Program-made: the position numbers and the translations under genes | Notes under the pieces: model-generated | Told to the model about the DNA's origin: nothing | Database searches by the model: none | What the model saw: only the letters and a program-made list of their open reading frames with translations | Shown here: positions 27,827 through 41,164 of the stretch, piece after piece | How positions within the stretch are numbered: position 1 is the stretch's first letter | How the letters are laid out: each line of letters opens with the position of its first letter | Assembly (NCBI GenBank): GCA_964016885.1 | Contig: OZ024747.1 | Location: 78,678,001 to 78,742,000, forward strand | Direction: 5' to 3' | Length of the DNA: 64,000 nucleotides | DNA from: Eledone cirrhosa | Taxonomy: Eukaryota

Positions 27827-30408
27827 TGGAATGAAGGAAAAGTAATGGAAAATAATAAATTGTTACTGATTAAGAAAAATGAAAGATAATGAACATGTTG
27901 ATAACATCTCTGAGAGACGATTATTATTGAAGGGAGGAGAATACGTGAGAGATTAAAACAACTTTGATGTGGTAGAAATATTACTGAACCTGAAGATGTG
28001 TAACAAGCTAAGTGAAACCCAGCAAGATTTATGAACAACAACAACAAATAATGATAGTAATAATAGTTTCTCACATTAACGTAAAGCTATAAATTAGTAG
28101 AGGAAGAGTTATAGTTGATTGAATCAAGTTGTGTAATCACGACTAGTGATTATTAATTAACTCCCGAAGATTGAAAGACAAAGTTGATGATGGTATGATT
28201 GGAAGAAATAATAATAATAGCAGCAACAACAACAACAACAACACATATATACTTGCATATCTTATCTAATAAGTGAAAATTTCAGACAGATATATATAAG
28301 AAAAATAAAACATTCTAAATTTGGGAATAAAATATTAGCTAGGAAAAATTTAATAAAAAAATTGATCAATAAAAAATAAATATATATCTAAAAAACACAA
28401 TGTTATAACATGAAACAGAAAATAAAATACGAAGCTAATTAAGAAATATACAATGACTAATGAACTACAATTAAAAAAAATAAAAAAAAAAACATTGAAG
28501 AAATCAGAAACAATCATTTTAAGAACATAATTTTCATTACTTAAAAAAATAAAACAAATCAATCAACAAGAAAATAAAATGTGTTCAACATCATATTTAA
28601 ACATTTCATGATAAAGTAAGGAATAAATACACCACAAATATTACAACAAAATAAATTGAATCTATGAAAAGGAATATAGCAATTCATTTGGGAAAGCAGT
28701 GATGAAATGAGTTTCTTCTGCTTGCTTTGCTGTGTGTGTGTATAAACAAACACACACATGCATAAATTCAAATACACCCACACAATGAATGCATTATAAA
28801 ATTATTGATAATATCTATCAAATATTTTCTTCTACGTTTGAAAGCAAATATCTTATACTTTTATTATACAATGTAAAGTACCAGTTTGGTACTGGGATCC
28901 AATTAACCCTTTTGTTACTGTATCTCAAATGAAAAACACTGTCTATGATTTTGAAATCTTTTTGAAAATAATCAAGAATTTGGAGGGATTTAGTAATATA
29001 AACTGACTTTCATATTACTTAGCTGGAAAACAGCTTAAGAAATGTTCTTACACAAAATTATAATGGAAGATTTTTAGATAAATATAAACACTTTAAAATA
29101 TCTACTATAAGACAATATAAAAAAAATATTACTATTACATGTTTCAATGTTTTATGGAGTTTATACATTGAAGCTCTAGTTTAGAAGTGGGACAACCAGT
29201 AAATTTACAGTAATAATTATATTTCAGGTAGTGAGTTAAAAGCCCGCTTCTTTGCCAAGGGCTAGGTAAAGGGGTTAAAAAAATGATGGATTAAGTCTAC
29301 TAACAAAAAGCCAGGTAGTGGTGTTAAATTGAGTAACAGATTAATTCTACCACCCAAGTAAGGAAGAGCAGGATCTGAACTCAGAATACAAAGAGCTGCA
29401 ATAAATATGACAAGACATCTTGTCTGATGTAATAATAATTCTGCCAAACCATGTCTTTGGGTCATTACTTTATTTTGTGACCCAGGCAGAAACTGAATTC
29501 AGAACACAACAAATACTGTCAGTCATTTTATGGTTCTACAATACAAAATAGTGTTTATATTTATCTAAAAAACCTTCATAATTTTATGTAAGAACCTTTG
29601 TTAAGTTATGTTCCAAACACCAGATTAATAAGAAAGTTAGTTATATTACTAAATTTCTCTGAATTCTTGATTATTTTCAGCAGTGTCTTAAATTAGAAAT
29701 ATAGTAACAAAAGGGTTAAATAAGATTAACTTCTGGATTAGATATGAAAAACTGTTTATTTGGTGGGACTAGCAAACCAGATATCAATATTACATGTTGA
29801 GAATGTTAAACTTATATATTTTATATGAATAGCTATGAAAATATTAATGTTTGCAACAGAACTCTTCATTGACTCAATATTGATTACAGGATATCATTCA
29901 CAATTATATTAATGATACATCATATTGTTCTAGTTACTATTTGTAATCACAGTTCAGTTTTTCATTAATCTATACACATACTTGGACAAATCATCATCAA
30001 GTTTTGTATCTTAGAATCCCTAAGTAACTTACACCTTGATATTAATGTCACACCTCCTACTACCACTTCCAATTAGTAATGGCACAAACAGGAAGAAAAG
30101 ATGGCACATACAAGCTAAAATGTTTTTTCTATTTTCCAAGGTTTTTGACTTCTGATGAGATTTTATCTCAAAAATTAAGGCAGTATTTAAATAAAGAACA
30201 GGTAAAACAGAGCAGCTTTGTTACCTTCTTTTATCTTAAATCCCACCACATCTTTCGCACTGTCACAGCCTTCAAATTACATACCTTCTTATATTCTTAT
30301 ATATACATTTATTTATTAAAATAACAGATTAAAGTTTAACCTGATTAAACCCTCTTCGGATTTCTAGTCTTCCTATTTATTATTATTATTACTATATATA
30401 TATATATA

Positions 30409-30920
30409 GGTTGTGAGTTCAATTCTCAGACCGGGTGATGTGTTGTTTCCTTGAGCAAGACACTTTATTTCACATTGCTCCAGTTTACTCAGCTGTAGAA
30501 ATGAGATGATAGGGACTGGGGTCCATATCATTCCACTGCAAAGTGGTCGTGGAGGTGCCACAGCAAAAAAGCACCCAGCACTCACTGTAAATGATGTTGG
30601 TGTTAGGAAGGGCATCCAGCTGTAGAAATCAAGCCAGAATCAGTTCCCGTCCCACCCTTGCAAGCAGGGAAAAGCGGACGTAAAATGATGAAATGATGAT
30701 ATATATATATATATCATCATCATCATTTCATTTTACATCCACTTTTCCCTGCTTGCAAGGGTGGGATGGGAACTGATTCTGGCTTGATTTCTACAGCTGG
30801 ATGCCCTTCCTAACACCAACCTCATTTACAGTGAGTGCTGGGTGCTTTTTTGCCGTGGCACCTCCACGACCACTTTGCAGTGGAATGATAGGGACCGCAG
30901 TCCCTATCATCTCATTTCTA
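30409..30920. mobile_element. Tail-to-tail pair of 5'-truncated SINE family B copies
   Basis: Plus copy 30409-30700, (TA)n centre, minus copy about 30714-30920. Confidence 0.88.
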
Positions 30921-32102
30921 ATCAAAGTAGGCAGACTAACCTGTGAAGTTTTATTCTGAATGCATGCATAATTGATACTAACCAACAAAAATAGCAAACA
31001 GACACTAAACGATACTACATGAAAGTTAAGACTGCCGAGAGGAACAAAAGTAAAGTTTGTCCCAAGCTTCTGTTGAATCAGTGCTCTTGTCTGGCAGCAA
31101 GACATCGATATGAAACAATCAGAAACATGTTTTGATGGTTGTTACACAAATATGCTAAGTGTGGCCTTTAATGTGAAGTATTTTATCTTATTGACCTTGG
31201 GAGGCAGAGTTGACCTTAGTGGGATTTGAACTCAATGTAAAGGGTCATAACTAAATGCTGCAAAGCATTTTATCAGATGGTCTAAAGATTCTGCCAAAGC
31301 CACATTCCTTATTACAACTAATAATACAATAACAATATTATACATAAAAATACCAGTAATAATTTGGAACAAATAGTAATAGTTCTAACCCATAGAATGT
31401 CTCAATTCTACCCAAACAACTACAAATAGAAGCATTAGCACAATTAACAATCTGCATTGCTTGAAATTAGTTGTTGCCTATTTTCTAAGTTTTCAACAAT
31501 GAACTTGTATTGCACAAAAGTTACATAAATATATAATAAAATATCCGCTTTAAATTCCTCATCCACCTTCTTTTTGTGTGTTGATCTAGCTATAGAAATG
31601 TGAACTATCAGTGCATTATAAACAGCAGAACAGCTACTACAGGAACAGTTCTATATGTCTAGCTACTAGGAACAGTTCATTTTTACTCCAACATAAAGTG
31701 CCTATACATCATCATCGCTGTTTAACGTCCATTTTTCCACACTGGCATGGGTTAAACGAGTTATCCTGTTGGGAGCAATGCCAGGTCAGGTGACCATGTC
31801 TTTCTCACAATAGGATAACTTGTCTAACCCATGCTAGTGTGGAACAATGGACGTTAAATGAAGATATTATATATAAGTATAAATATGGTACCAGGAAAAA
31901 CATACACACAACACACATATACATAGAGCAGCAGTGAAATCCCTGTCAAGTATGACCACCTTTTGCACTTCTTCCTCCATACCTTCAAAGATATTGAACC
32001 CAACCCCCGACAGCTGATATCATGGACTCTCAAGAAGTAGAAGATATCTATCAGCAAGGCAAGATTAAGGCACCAACAGCACTTCAACATAAAGTGCAGC
32101 AA

Positions 32103-32218
32103 ATATATATGGGTGTATGTAAGTATATATATATATATATATGTAAGTATATATATATATATATATATAAGTATGTAAGTATATATATATATATGTAAGT
32201 ATATATATATATATGTAA

Positions 32219-32263
<45 letters not shown>

Positions 32264-32403
32264 AGTATATATATATATATAAGTATATATATATATATGT
32301 AAGTATATATATATATATATGTAAGTATATATATATATATATGTAAGTATATATATATATATATGTAAGTATATATATATATATATATACAAGTATATAT
32401 ATA
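32103..32403. repeat. (TA)n interrupted periodically by GTAAG
   Basis: Repeating (ta)n-tgtaag units, resuming at 32946-33010. Confidence 0.95.
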
Positions 32404-32943
32404 TGGCGACTAAACTGGCAACCCCACCAAGGTTTCTTGGTGAGGAGGGTGACTTTGGACATCCTGCAGGACTAAAAACAAAACCTGTCAAAGGGCAAAG
32501 GAGCTCTTAAGAGTCAATGGCCATCCAAAATCACCGGGAGAGATGACCCCTTAGCCTTTGTCAAGGCAGAATTCTAGGAGAAGGAAAACTCTGATATAAC
32601 ACCTGCAACCCTGATGGTATCCAATGATGTTGACTTGTTCTTCTTTTTGGTAAATATAATCTTGGTTAAGAGAGTGGGACTGGCTTTGTGCAGTGCCTTT
32701 GCTCACTATAAAAGCTTCACGGCACAGGCATTGCTTTGTATCTGGAGATCTCTGCACTTGTCGTCACAGGGTACCATGGGCCCAGCACTATGTGTCAATA
32801 ATTGTCACAAGTGTAGTGTTTGTACCAGAGTTTTCAAGTCGCTGGCTGGAATAAAAAGTCACAAATTTCGTTCAGCGCATCGGTAGGGGTTCTCCTACAT
32901 GGATATAAAGTAGTGGCCGTACTCGAAAACGAGTTGGCAGCCA

Positions 32944-32946
<3 letters not shown>
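32404..32946 (+). mobile_element. Internally deleted (non-autonomous) RTE-type retroelement in (TA)n
   Basis: GC-richer block bounded by (TA)n. It carries the RTE 5'UTR-like motif CTAGGAGAAGGAAAACTCTGA, and the 3' part encodes C2H2-like CSVCTRVFKSLAGIKSHKFRSAH, as at RTE ORF C-termini. No RT sequence. Confidence 0.6.
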
Positions 32947-32982
<36 letters not shown>

Positions 32983-33132
32983 AGTATATATATATATATA
33001 TATATATATAGGGTGGAAAAAAAGGAAACAACAACTAAACTATAGAGGTTATACGATTAAAAAAAAATGTAATAAGTGTAATAATATGAGATAGGAAAGT
33101 AGTTGTATCTATTATTCCACATAAATACATAC

Positions 33133-33267
33133 TTGACAGAGGTGATTTGCGTTTGAGCGGCAAAGGGCCTTTATCCTTCCGCCGCAGCATTGGACTGTGT
33201 GTAATGCGCCGTTCCATAACTTTCTGTTTCAGAGCTGAGCGCACTTTAAGTATATTAGGTTCAGATG
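33133..33267 (-). CDS. HDAC4: HDAC4 exon with ASEP phosphosite and NLS
   Basis: ttgtttgcAG acceptor, GTATGT donor. 135 nt, phase 1 to 1. (A)SEPNILKVRSALKQKVMERRITHSPMLRRKDKGPLPLKRKSPLS, compared with human [30 protein letters not shown]. Confidence 0.97.
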
Positions 33268-33411
33268 CTGCAAACAAGAACATGACAACACAGTTACAAG
33301 CATGCCTAGAGGCAAGTAGCTGGCACCAGCTACTGGAATTGGTGAGGGCAGTAGTAGGCAGCAGAATTCTGACCAACATACAAAAATTAATTCAACATGT
33401 TAAGAAATAAA

Positions 33412-33487
<76 letters not shown>

Positions 33488-34357
33488 ATGTATATATATA
33501 TATATGCGTGCATATATGTATATATGTATGTGCGTATATGCACACGCACACACACACACACATAAAGGCATTTCAATAATCAAATACAGTCAAATACAAA
33601 TCGGTGAAATACTGAGATAGAGGAATAAAAGACATTTATCAGAGTAAGCTGTTAGATTAAAAATAAAGAAATATAGTTACAAGGAATAAACATAAAATTA
33701 GATGTGATGGTTATACAAATGGTTATACATGTCTTTTTAGATTCTATAATTTAATGAAAGCTGTCTTTTCAAAGAATATCAAATGGCCTTCTTATACATG
33801 AAAAGAACAAAGTTTAAGAAACCTGTGAAACACAGACTCTTAATATGATGTAATTGTTAATTCTAAAGATTAAACATTTACTAAACAGTGAAACACAAGT
33901 CATAAAATAAAATATAGAATTGTTGAATGTGAAACAAAAACAAACTAATATAGAAAAAAACAATTTAACAAGTACTGACACAGGCTGCTATATGGGTAGC
34001 TAATGTTGTGAGTGGGCCTCCATCTTTACAAGGTCAATTGGTCTATATATAAACACACACACACCAAGTAAGGAGGATCGAAGTTGCTGTTGCAGCATAT
34101 ATATAAACTCTATATGCTACAACAATGCCTTTCGATCCTACTTTATTTATTTACACTCTGCACAGTACATCCGCCTTAACTCTGGAATACAATCCAACAA
34201 GAGATGGACCTTGAATGGTACACTACCTGTAACTGTAGATACAAACTTAACTAAGACACACACACACATACATATATATAGTTAATAAAGGAAACAAACA
34301 AAACACAATAGGCAATTTTTATAGTCATATTAGGTTGACATTTGGTGGAAGTGGAGG

Positions 34358-34393
34358 TTTCGACGTTTCTGACAGAAGTCCTTCTTCATGAAA
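34358..34393 (-). other. Degenerate minimal hammerhead relic
   Basis: Minus strand reads tttc-aTGAAGA-ag-gac-ttct-gtc-a-GAAA-C-GTC-gaaa: 4-bp stem I, palindromic ACGT stem III, GUC triplet. C3 and C11.1 are both replaced by A. Confidence 0.45.
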
Positions 34394-34581
34394 GTTTGGA
34401 TACAGAGTTAGAGAAGGTTAAGTAAGGAAATAAAAAAAAAGAGAAATAAGGTGTGTGCGGGGGGGGGGGGGGGGGTTTATATATATGACTACTGAGGCAC
34501 TTGGAGTATTTGAAATAAGAAATGTGGGAATTTTTAAATGCAGAAAATAACTGTAACAACAGTCAAAACACTATAAATAAT

Positions 34582-34769
34582 TGTTTCTACTTTTGGCACA
34601 AGGCCAGCAATTACCCAGTGCATTACTGGTACTTTATTTTATTGACTCCGTAAGGATGAAAGGCAAAGTTAACCTCGGCGGGATTTGAACTCAGAATTGC
34701 AAGGGCCATAACTCTATGCGTCAAAGCATGGTGTCTGTCCTTCTACCGATACTGCCAGTCCACCGCCCT
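34582..34769 (-). mobile_element. SINE family A, full length, with TSD
   Basis: TSD aaac(a/g)ctataaataat at 34566-34581 and 34770-34785. Confidence 0.9.
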
Positions 34770-35364
34770 AAACGCTATAAATAATAGCTTTAGAAAATCA
34801 GCTAAAAACCTTTAGAAACAGAAAAAAGTTGCCAGCAGCTGCTAGAGATTTGAACTCTGAATCTCTCAAATTCTGGATGAAATTTGAGTGATGCAATTTT
34901 TTTTCTGTCCATAAGGGTTATTTAACCTGATCTTATAAAGCTATTATTATGACAATCGATTGTTGTTAAATATATTGTAACTCATTCTTCTTCCTCCAAG
35001 CGTGAAACTAATACACTTCATGTTATTGCATCCTCTTTGTTTGTTTCTTGTTTCCTTGACACACACACACACACATATATATATATACGTGCACACACAC
35101 ATGTTGGTATGTGTATGCATGGCTTTATTCCCTCTAGATATCCCTGTCTACATTTTTTTAATTTTCAGAGATACTTTACCTGATTTAATCCAACTATTAT
35201 TTATAGTTAGCAAATATTACTATAGTTATCAGCATTGCGGCAACAATAGTTTCAAATTTTAAATTTCCCAATACTATATAAATTAACCGAATGTTGTTCA
35301 TATATATATATACACACACATACTGATACACACACACACACACATATATATACACACACACATA

Positions 35365-35416
<52 letters not shown>

Positions 35417-38400
35417 CTAAAAGTATTCCTTAAAAGAAAGAACACATATTTTCAGCTTTTAAATACTATTATTTTCATTTGATAAAAAGTTCAGCTATTT
35501 TATCGACACATCATTATGCTACACTTTACTTAGACGTCTTAAAATTTATTTCCTTCATGTGAAGAATATTTATTAATTTAAAGTGGAATTATAATGCCAA
35601 CAGAAGGTATCTGAACAAACTTCTGGTATTTATTTTCTATCAACATTACACAAGGAAATGGTGAGGTTCGAATTAATATTTACAACAGGTAAATTATTAA
35701 AAAGAAAGAAAGAAAAAAAACATTTGTTTCTTTATCAATTGATCCTTCTCATCTACACTATTAATAATTATTGATTAATAATATTTTCTGGTGAACAGAG
35801 ATGATCAATTTTAGATAGACTATACAAAGAACAGATATTCAGCATAAAAAATAAATAAAATGAAGAACTGAATCTGAATTTATATTTCAGTGTCTTTTGT
35901 AAATATTTCTAAAATAGAATTGTTAAAACACACACACTCACACACAAAGGCTTTCAAAGACAGAAATATCTTTTGTCAAGACTGATGGAGACTTCTTGGA
36001 ATAGTGATCCATCGAAGAGAAGTGAAAAATGTTTAAATCCACATCAAACAAAGATTGACACAAGGAAAGATGAGTAATTATCATAAAGATAGGTGATAAA
36101 TGAAAATATTATTTTTCCAAAGAAACTAATAGAGACACAGAAAATATATAAAAGAACTGTTTATAGATGAGAATTTAGATAATACATCAGAGCAATGAAC
36201 AGAATATTGGTTTACACTAGGAAAGGGGCAAATGTTTCAAAAGAAGATATACAGACCATGTAAAGAGTATAAATAATCTAGTTTAAAATATATATATTTC
36301 TGAATTATGAATAGTAATATCAATGAATTGATAATCTACAGTCTTTTTTTCTAACTAAATCAAAACAGAACATAAAAGAGATGATAGAAAGAAAGGAAAG
36401 TAGTGGGTGTGGGAGTGGAGGGCATAGGAATGTAAGGAACTATCTGGCAACAAACATGCAATTTTAAACAAGAGTACAAGCACAATAATAAAATAAAAAT
36501 GGAAACAGTCAGATCGAGCTATGCAAGTTTAAAATCCCTTGTGGAAATGCACATACTGCTGGATCTAATTGAAGTTGTAGAATATCCATTTTTCAAAGAC
36601 TACAAGAAGATATATTATTTCTGTAGAACATAAAACATTACAAAGAAAAAGCCACAAAGATAACGAAGTTTTCTAACTATAAAGAAATTAAATAAAGAAT
36701 CAACTAAAAAAGAAAAGAAAGCAACTTATTTAAAGAAAATCATAATGCTATTAAATCTGGAATAATATATATATATATATACATAAATTGTATTTTGCTA
36801 CTATGAGCTAGTGTAGAGACAAACAGATGCACTAAGTGGGCTATACCACACTGTTACTACCTGACTAGCACTAAAAACAATACCAAAACCAAAATAGGCA
36901 CTAGTAAAAAGAAAATTTCTACTGAAATTCCATGTAATCCAATGAAAAATTACTTAAGAACTAAAATCACTTTCAATATATTAGTAAAAAGATTAAATAA
37001 TATATATCATCATCATCATCACCGTTTTACGTCCGTTCTTCCACGCTAGCATGGGTTAGACGGGTTGTCCTGTTGTGAGCAGTGTCCGGTCGGCTGACCT
37101 TGTCTTGCTCATACGAGAACAGATAAATATGTATATGAGTAAATTTCTTTTTCTCACATGGATAGAGGTTTGAAGAGATATTGAAAATACACTTTAAGAA
37201 AATCTATTTACATTGCCTTGACACATGTCTTTCAGAATTATCTATCCATCATCAGTGATGCTTTACTCAATAAACATATATATATATATATATATATATA
37301 TAGAGTTCTGATCTGGTGATCATAGTAGCCCTCAAATGAAGAATAACTCAGTGTTAAAAACAGAATGTTGTACAAACAAATTTATTCACATTCTTACAAC
37401 ATGACCACAATGTTTCAGCAAATTGTGTGTTAGCCAAGCTTGATGAAACATTGTGGTCATGCTGTACAAATATGAATAAACATGTGTGTGCACTACACAC
37501 ATTTATAAAGTGGAGATAAAGGATCAATTACAAAACTCTAATTGTTAATTGAGAGTAATAATATTTTTATAAAGGAAAAGATATTTCAATCTAACTGTTG
37601 CAATAAAAACATCAGGTTTTCCAGATTGTATTGATTTGTTAATAATGGATATTAATTCAGATTATATTTAATGGAAAATAATATCAGTTTCATAGCTAGC
37701 AAGTATTTAACCCTTTCATTACCATGTTTCTAATGAAAGCACTGCCTATATAATTCAAATAATTTCGAAAATAATCTAAAATTTAGAGGGACTTAGTAAT
37801 ATACTTTCTTATTATCAAGCTGGTATTTGGAACATAACACATGTGCTTACATAAATTATGATAGAAGGGTTTTAGGTAAATATGTACTCTTTAAAATAGA
37901 CAGGCCCATGTGATAAAACCAGAGGTAGTTTCAAGTGGGTTGATATTAAAGGAGTTAATTTATTTCACTAATTAGGACAGGAGAACAAAACAATGTTAGA
38001 GAATATGTAAATATCTAATATAAGATACTATAATTAGTACTACAGAAGTTAAAAGCCATCAACATTATTCCAGGTGAAGTGTAAAAACTAAATAAAGTCA
38101 CACAGACTAGGTTAGTTTTATCATAACATAAGAAATGCTAGCCAGACTCAGTTCTAAAAAAATGTTTCCAGAAATAAATGTAAGTAGATTTCTTTCTAAT
38201 CTAATGGCACACATTAAAACTTATGATAGCATTCAAATGATCCTAAAAACAGCAAGAATTTATTATCACACCCATGCATTACAAGTGACCACTAATAGCA
38301 CACATGCAGCGGCACCAAACTTGTCTTGGCCATACAGTTTTTCAATGCTTCAGATGTGCTCAAATAGAACTGCATTAAAAAAAAAAAAGAGTTTATTTTC

Positions 38401-39805
38401 CATACAGTGATTCAGCAATCTTTGTTGGATTAAGAAAAATGAAAATTACATGTTCTCAAAATAGTTGGGGTACTTAATATAACACTTCTAAACAATTACA
38501 TAGAATGAGAAGAAGAAAAACAATAGAAATAGAAACCAGTAATTATTACTGAATATATCTTAGAAAAATTAGGAATCATGATATCTGGAGTGCTATTCTA
38601 AATAAAATTAAATTTCTATTCAAGGAAATGCATTTTTGCTTCATTCCTGTCAGACACTTTTAGCTCATTTATTCTTAGAAAAATGTCTATTCTATTTATT
38701 TATTTTTGCATGTTTATTTCTCTTATAATTAAGTAAATTCTAAAATTAAATATTCTGAGGTGAGATTGTGAGCAAATTGATCAAACCATCTGAGAACTTT
38801 TAATTAATAGATATGCACAACTGGGAACAAGTTACAAGATGAAAGCTAGAAAAAGCTACAAATACAACAAGATGTTCTTGCTGCACTAATAATACAGTTT
38901 CCTAATTAAATGAACTGCAGCCCATGGAGAAGAATGACAAACAACATTTCTAACAATAATATTCTGCAGATTAAAAGAAATCTTAATTTTCACTTAACAA
39001 AATTTCCAACTATTATTAGAAATAGATTTTTAAAATATCATGAAGTTTGGAAACTAAGATACAAGATTGGCATAGTAATGTCATGACTGAAAACTTTTAC
39101 AAAAACAAAAATACAACCATAAAAGGATATATAGAATTGGGTTTTATAAGAAGCTAAAATAAATATGAAAAATATATCTTAACATAATATTATTATTTAC
39201 AACAATAATAAATTTTGAAAAAATATTTTTATTCTAATTTAGCATATGGATTACGGAGAAGTACATTTGCATAAAACATAAACCAATGTCCTGTACCACA
39301 TGAAACCACATCAATAAGAAAAGTATGAAACAGCACCATGATTGTATCTCATTAAAAATTGAAGCCTTTACTATAATACTGCAAATTTTCACATGAATCT
39401 GTCCACTAGTAAAGATACTATAAACATGTAAATTAACAAGCCCATTTTTAGATATTTTCAGTTAAATTGTTACAGGATGTTAAGAGAATATTTAGAGGAC
39501 TTCCAAAAAAAAAAATAGTTTTCACAATTATTAACATTCATTCAACAATGACTAGTCAAATAAAAGCACCAAATTCAACAACTATTTATTTTATATAATT
39601 ACTTTTTTTTAGTTCCTATTTAATAAATGTCACTGCCAAGTTACAAAATGAGTATAAAACTCATAAGCTAACCTTCAAGTAGCAGTGAAAGCAACAGTCA
39701 TACCACAAACGAATACAAAGGTTCTTTCATTGGAATGCATGAAACTTAGTGAAGATTTAAAACAGAAAGTATAACTATAGCTAAATAATAATAATGATGA
39801 TAATA

Positions 39806-39842
<37 letters not shown>

Positions 39843-40981
39843 TTATAAGACAAAAGCTATTCTTACCAAAGTGTGGTCATTTTATGTCTCTGAAAGATGA
39901 TACCATGACAGAAGAGTAAAAACAAAGAAATTTCAAGCACATTTACCATCATAAGACCTACCTGAGATACAAAGATGAGGAAACAAATGGGAAGAAAAGT
40001 AAAAAGAATACATCAGATATTTCACTAAGAGAATTGGTAATGATGATTATGGAGGTGGAAGTTAGTAGTTTAGTCACATATCTAAAGTTTAAATATATTC
40101 AATCCCTTTATTACTTTTTCTTTCCCCGCTGAGCCACTTGAATAATGGTTTCTAATTTAGCCACAAGGTCAGCCATCTTGGGGAGAGAGAGATAGTTGAT
40201 CACATCAACCCTAGTACTTAATTGCTGCATTATTTTATTGACACCTCAAGGATGGATGGCAATATTGACCTCAACAAGATTTGAACTCAGAATGTAAAGA
40301 GCTGGAACAAATACTGCTAAACATTTGTCTAACCATCTAACAACTCTGCCAATACACAGCCCTTTAGGGTCACTTAAATAATAATTATCTAATGGTTAGA
40401 TATGTTAAAAAATGCTGATTTTTATGTAAATGGTAGAAGAGTTTCCAAGCCAAATGTATTAACTTTTAACATCCTGTATCTCATGAAACCACATTAGCAA
40501 GACATTCTTGAAAAGTACAAAACAGTACCATAATTGCATCACATTAAAAATTCAAATCTTCACTCTAATAGACTAAAAATGCTTTCACAACAGTTTGTTC
40601 ACTAATAAAGATACTATATGTTTTTTTTTCAGTATTAGAGACTTGAAGAGTGAATGTACATACAGAAGTGTGTATGATATGTATGAATAAGTCATAATAG
40701 TGTGTGTTTGTGTGTGTGTATTTGTGTGTGTGGACATTATGCATGCACAAAACATACACTTGCCATAATATTATAGGATTGCAAATAAGGCTAGCAATTT
40801 GTAGGGAGCAGGAAGTCAATCATATTGATCCCAATACTTGATTGGTATTTTATTTTATCAACCCTGGACAGATGTAAAACAAAACTAACCTCAGCAGGAT
40901 TTGAAATCAAATCATAGAGGACTATAAAATACTGCAATATATTCTATCCAACGTATTAATGATTCTACCAATACAAATAAT

Positions 40982-41164
40982 TGTTTCTACTTTTGGCACA
41001 AGGCCTGGAATTATCCAGTACATTACTGGTACTTTATTTTATCGACCCTGTATGAATGAAAGGCAAAGTTAACCTCGATGGGATTTGAACTCAGACTGTA
41101 AAGGGACGTAACTATGCTGGAAAGCATGTCTGACCCTCTACCAATACTGCCAATTCACCGCCCT
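40982..41164 (-). mobile_element. SINE family A next to an older copy (about 40775-40970)
   Basis: TSD taccaataca(a/c)ataat at 40966-40981 and 41165-41180. Confidence 0.88.

Noticed and set aside
30151-30180. Other CTGATGA/CTGAAGA hits (also near 3650, 6872, 57716)
   Set aside because: None has a correctly placed GAAA, stem I and NUH triplet.
30373-31105. Recurrent ~80-aa ORFs MPFLT..SFTVSAGCFF (also 55795, 60644) as a peptide family
   Set aside because: They are antisense readings of SINE family B copies.
31854-33620. IY/HT/VC-rich ORFs here and near 5582-6139, 21877-22239 and 53074-53566
   Set aside because: They are translations of dinucleotide microsatellites.
39867-39889. Candidate micro-exon (ctttcAG...TTTG|GTAAGA) on the minus strand
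   Set aside because: Both the 23-nt and 21-nt versions introduce a stop in the HDAC4 frame, and such sites arise by chance in a 24-kb intron. It would need junction reads.
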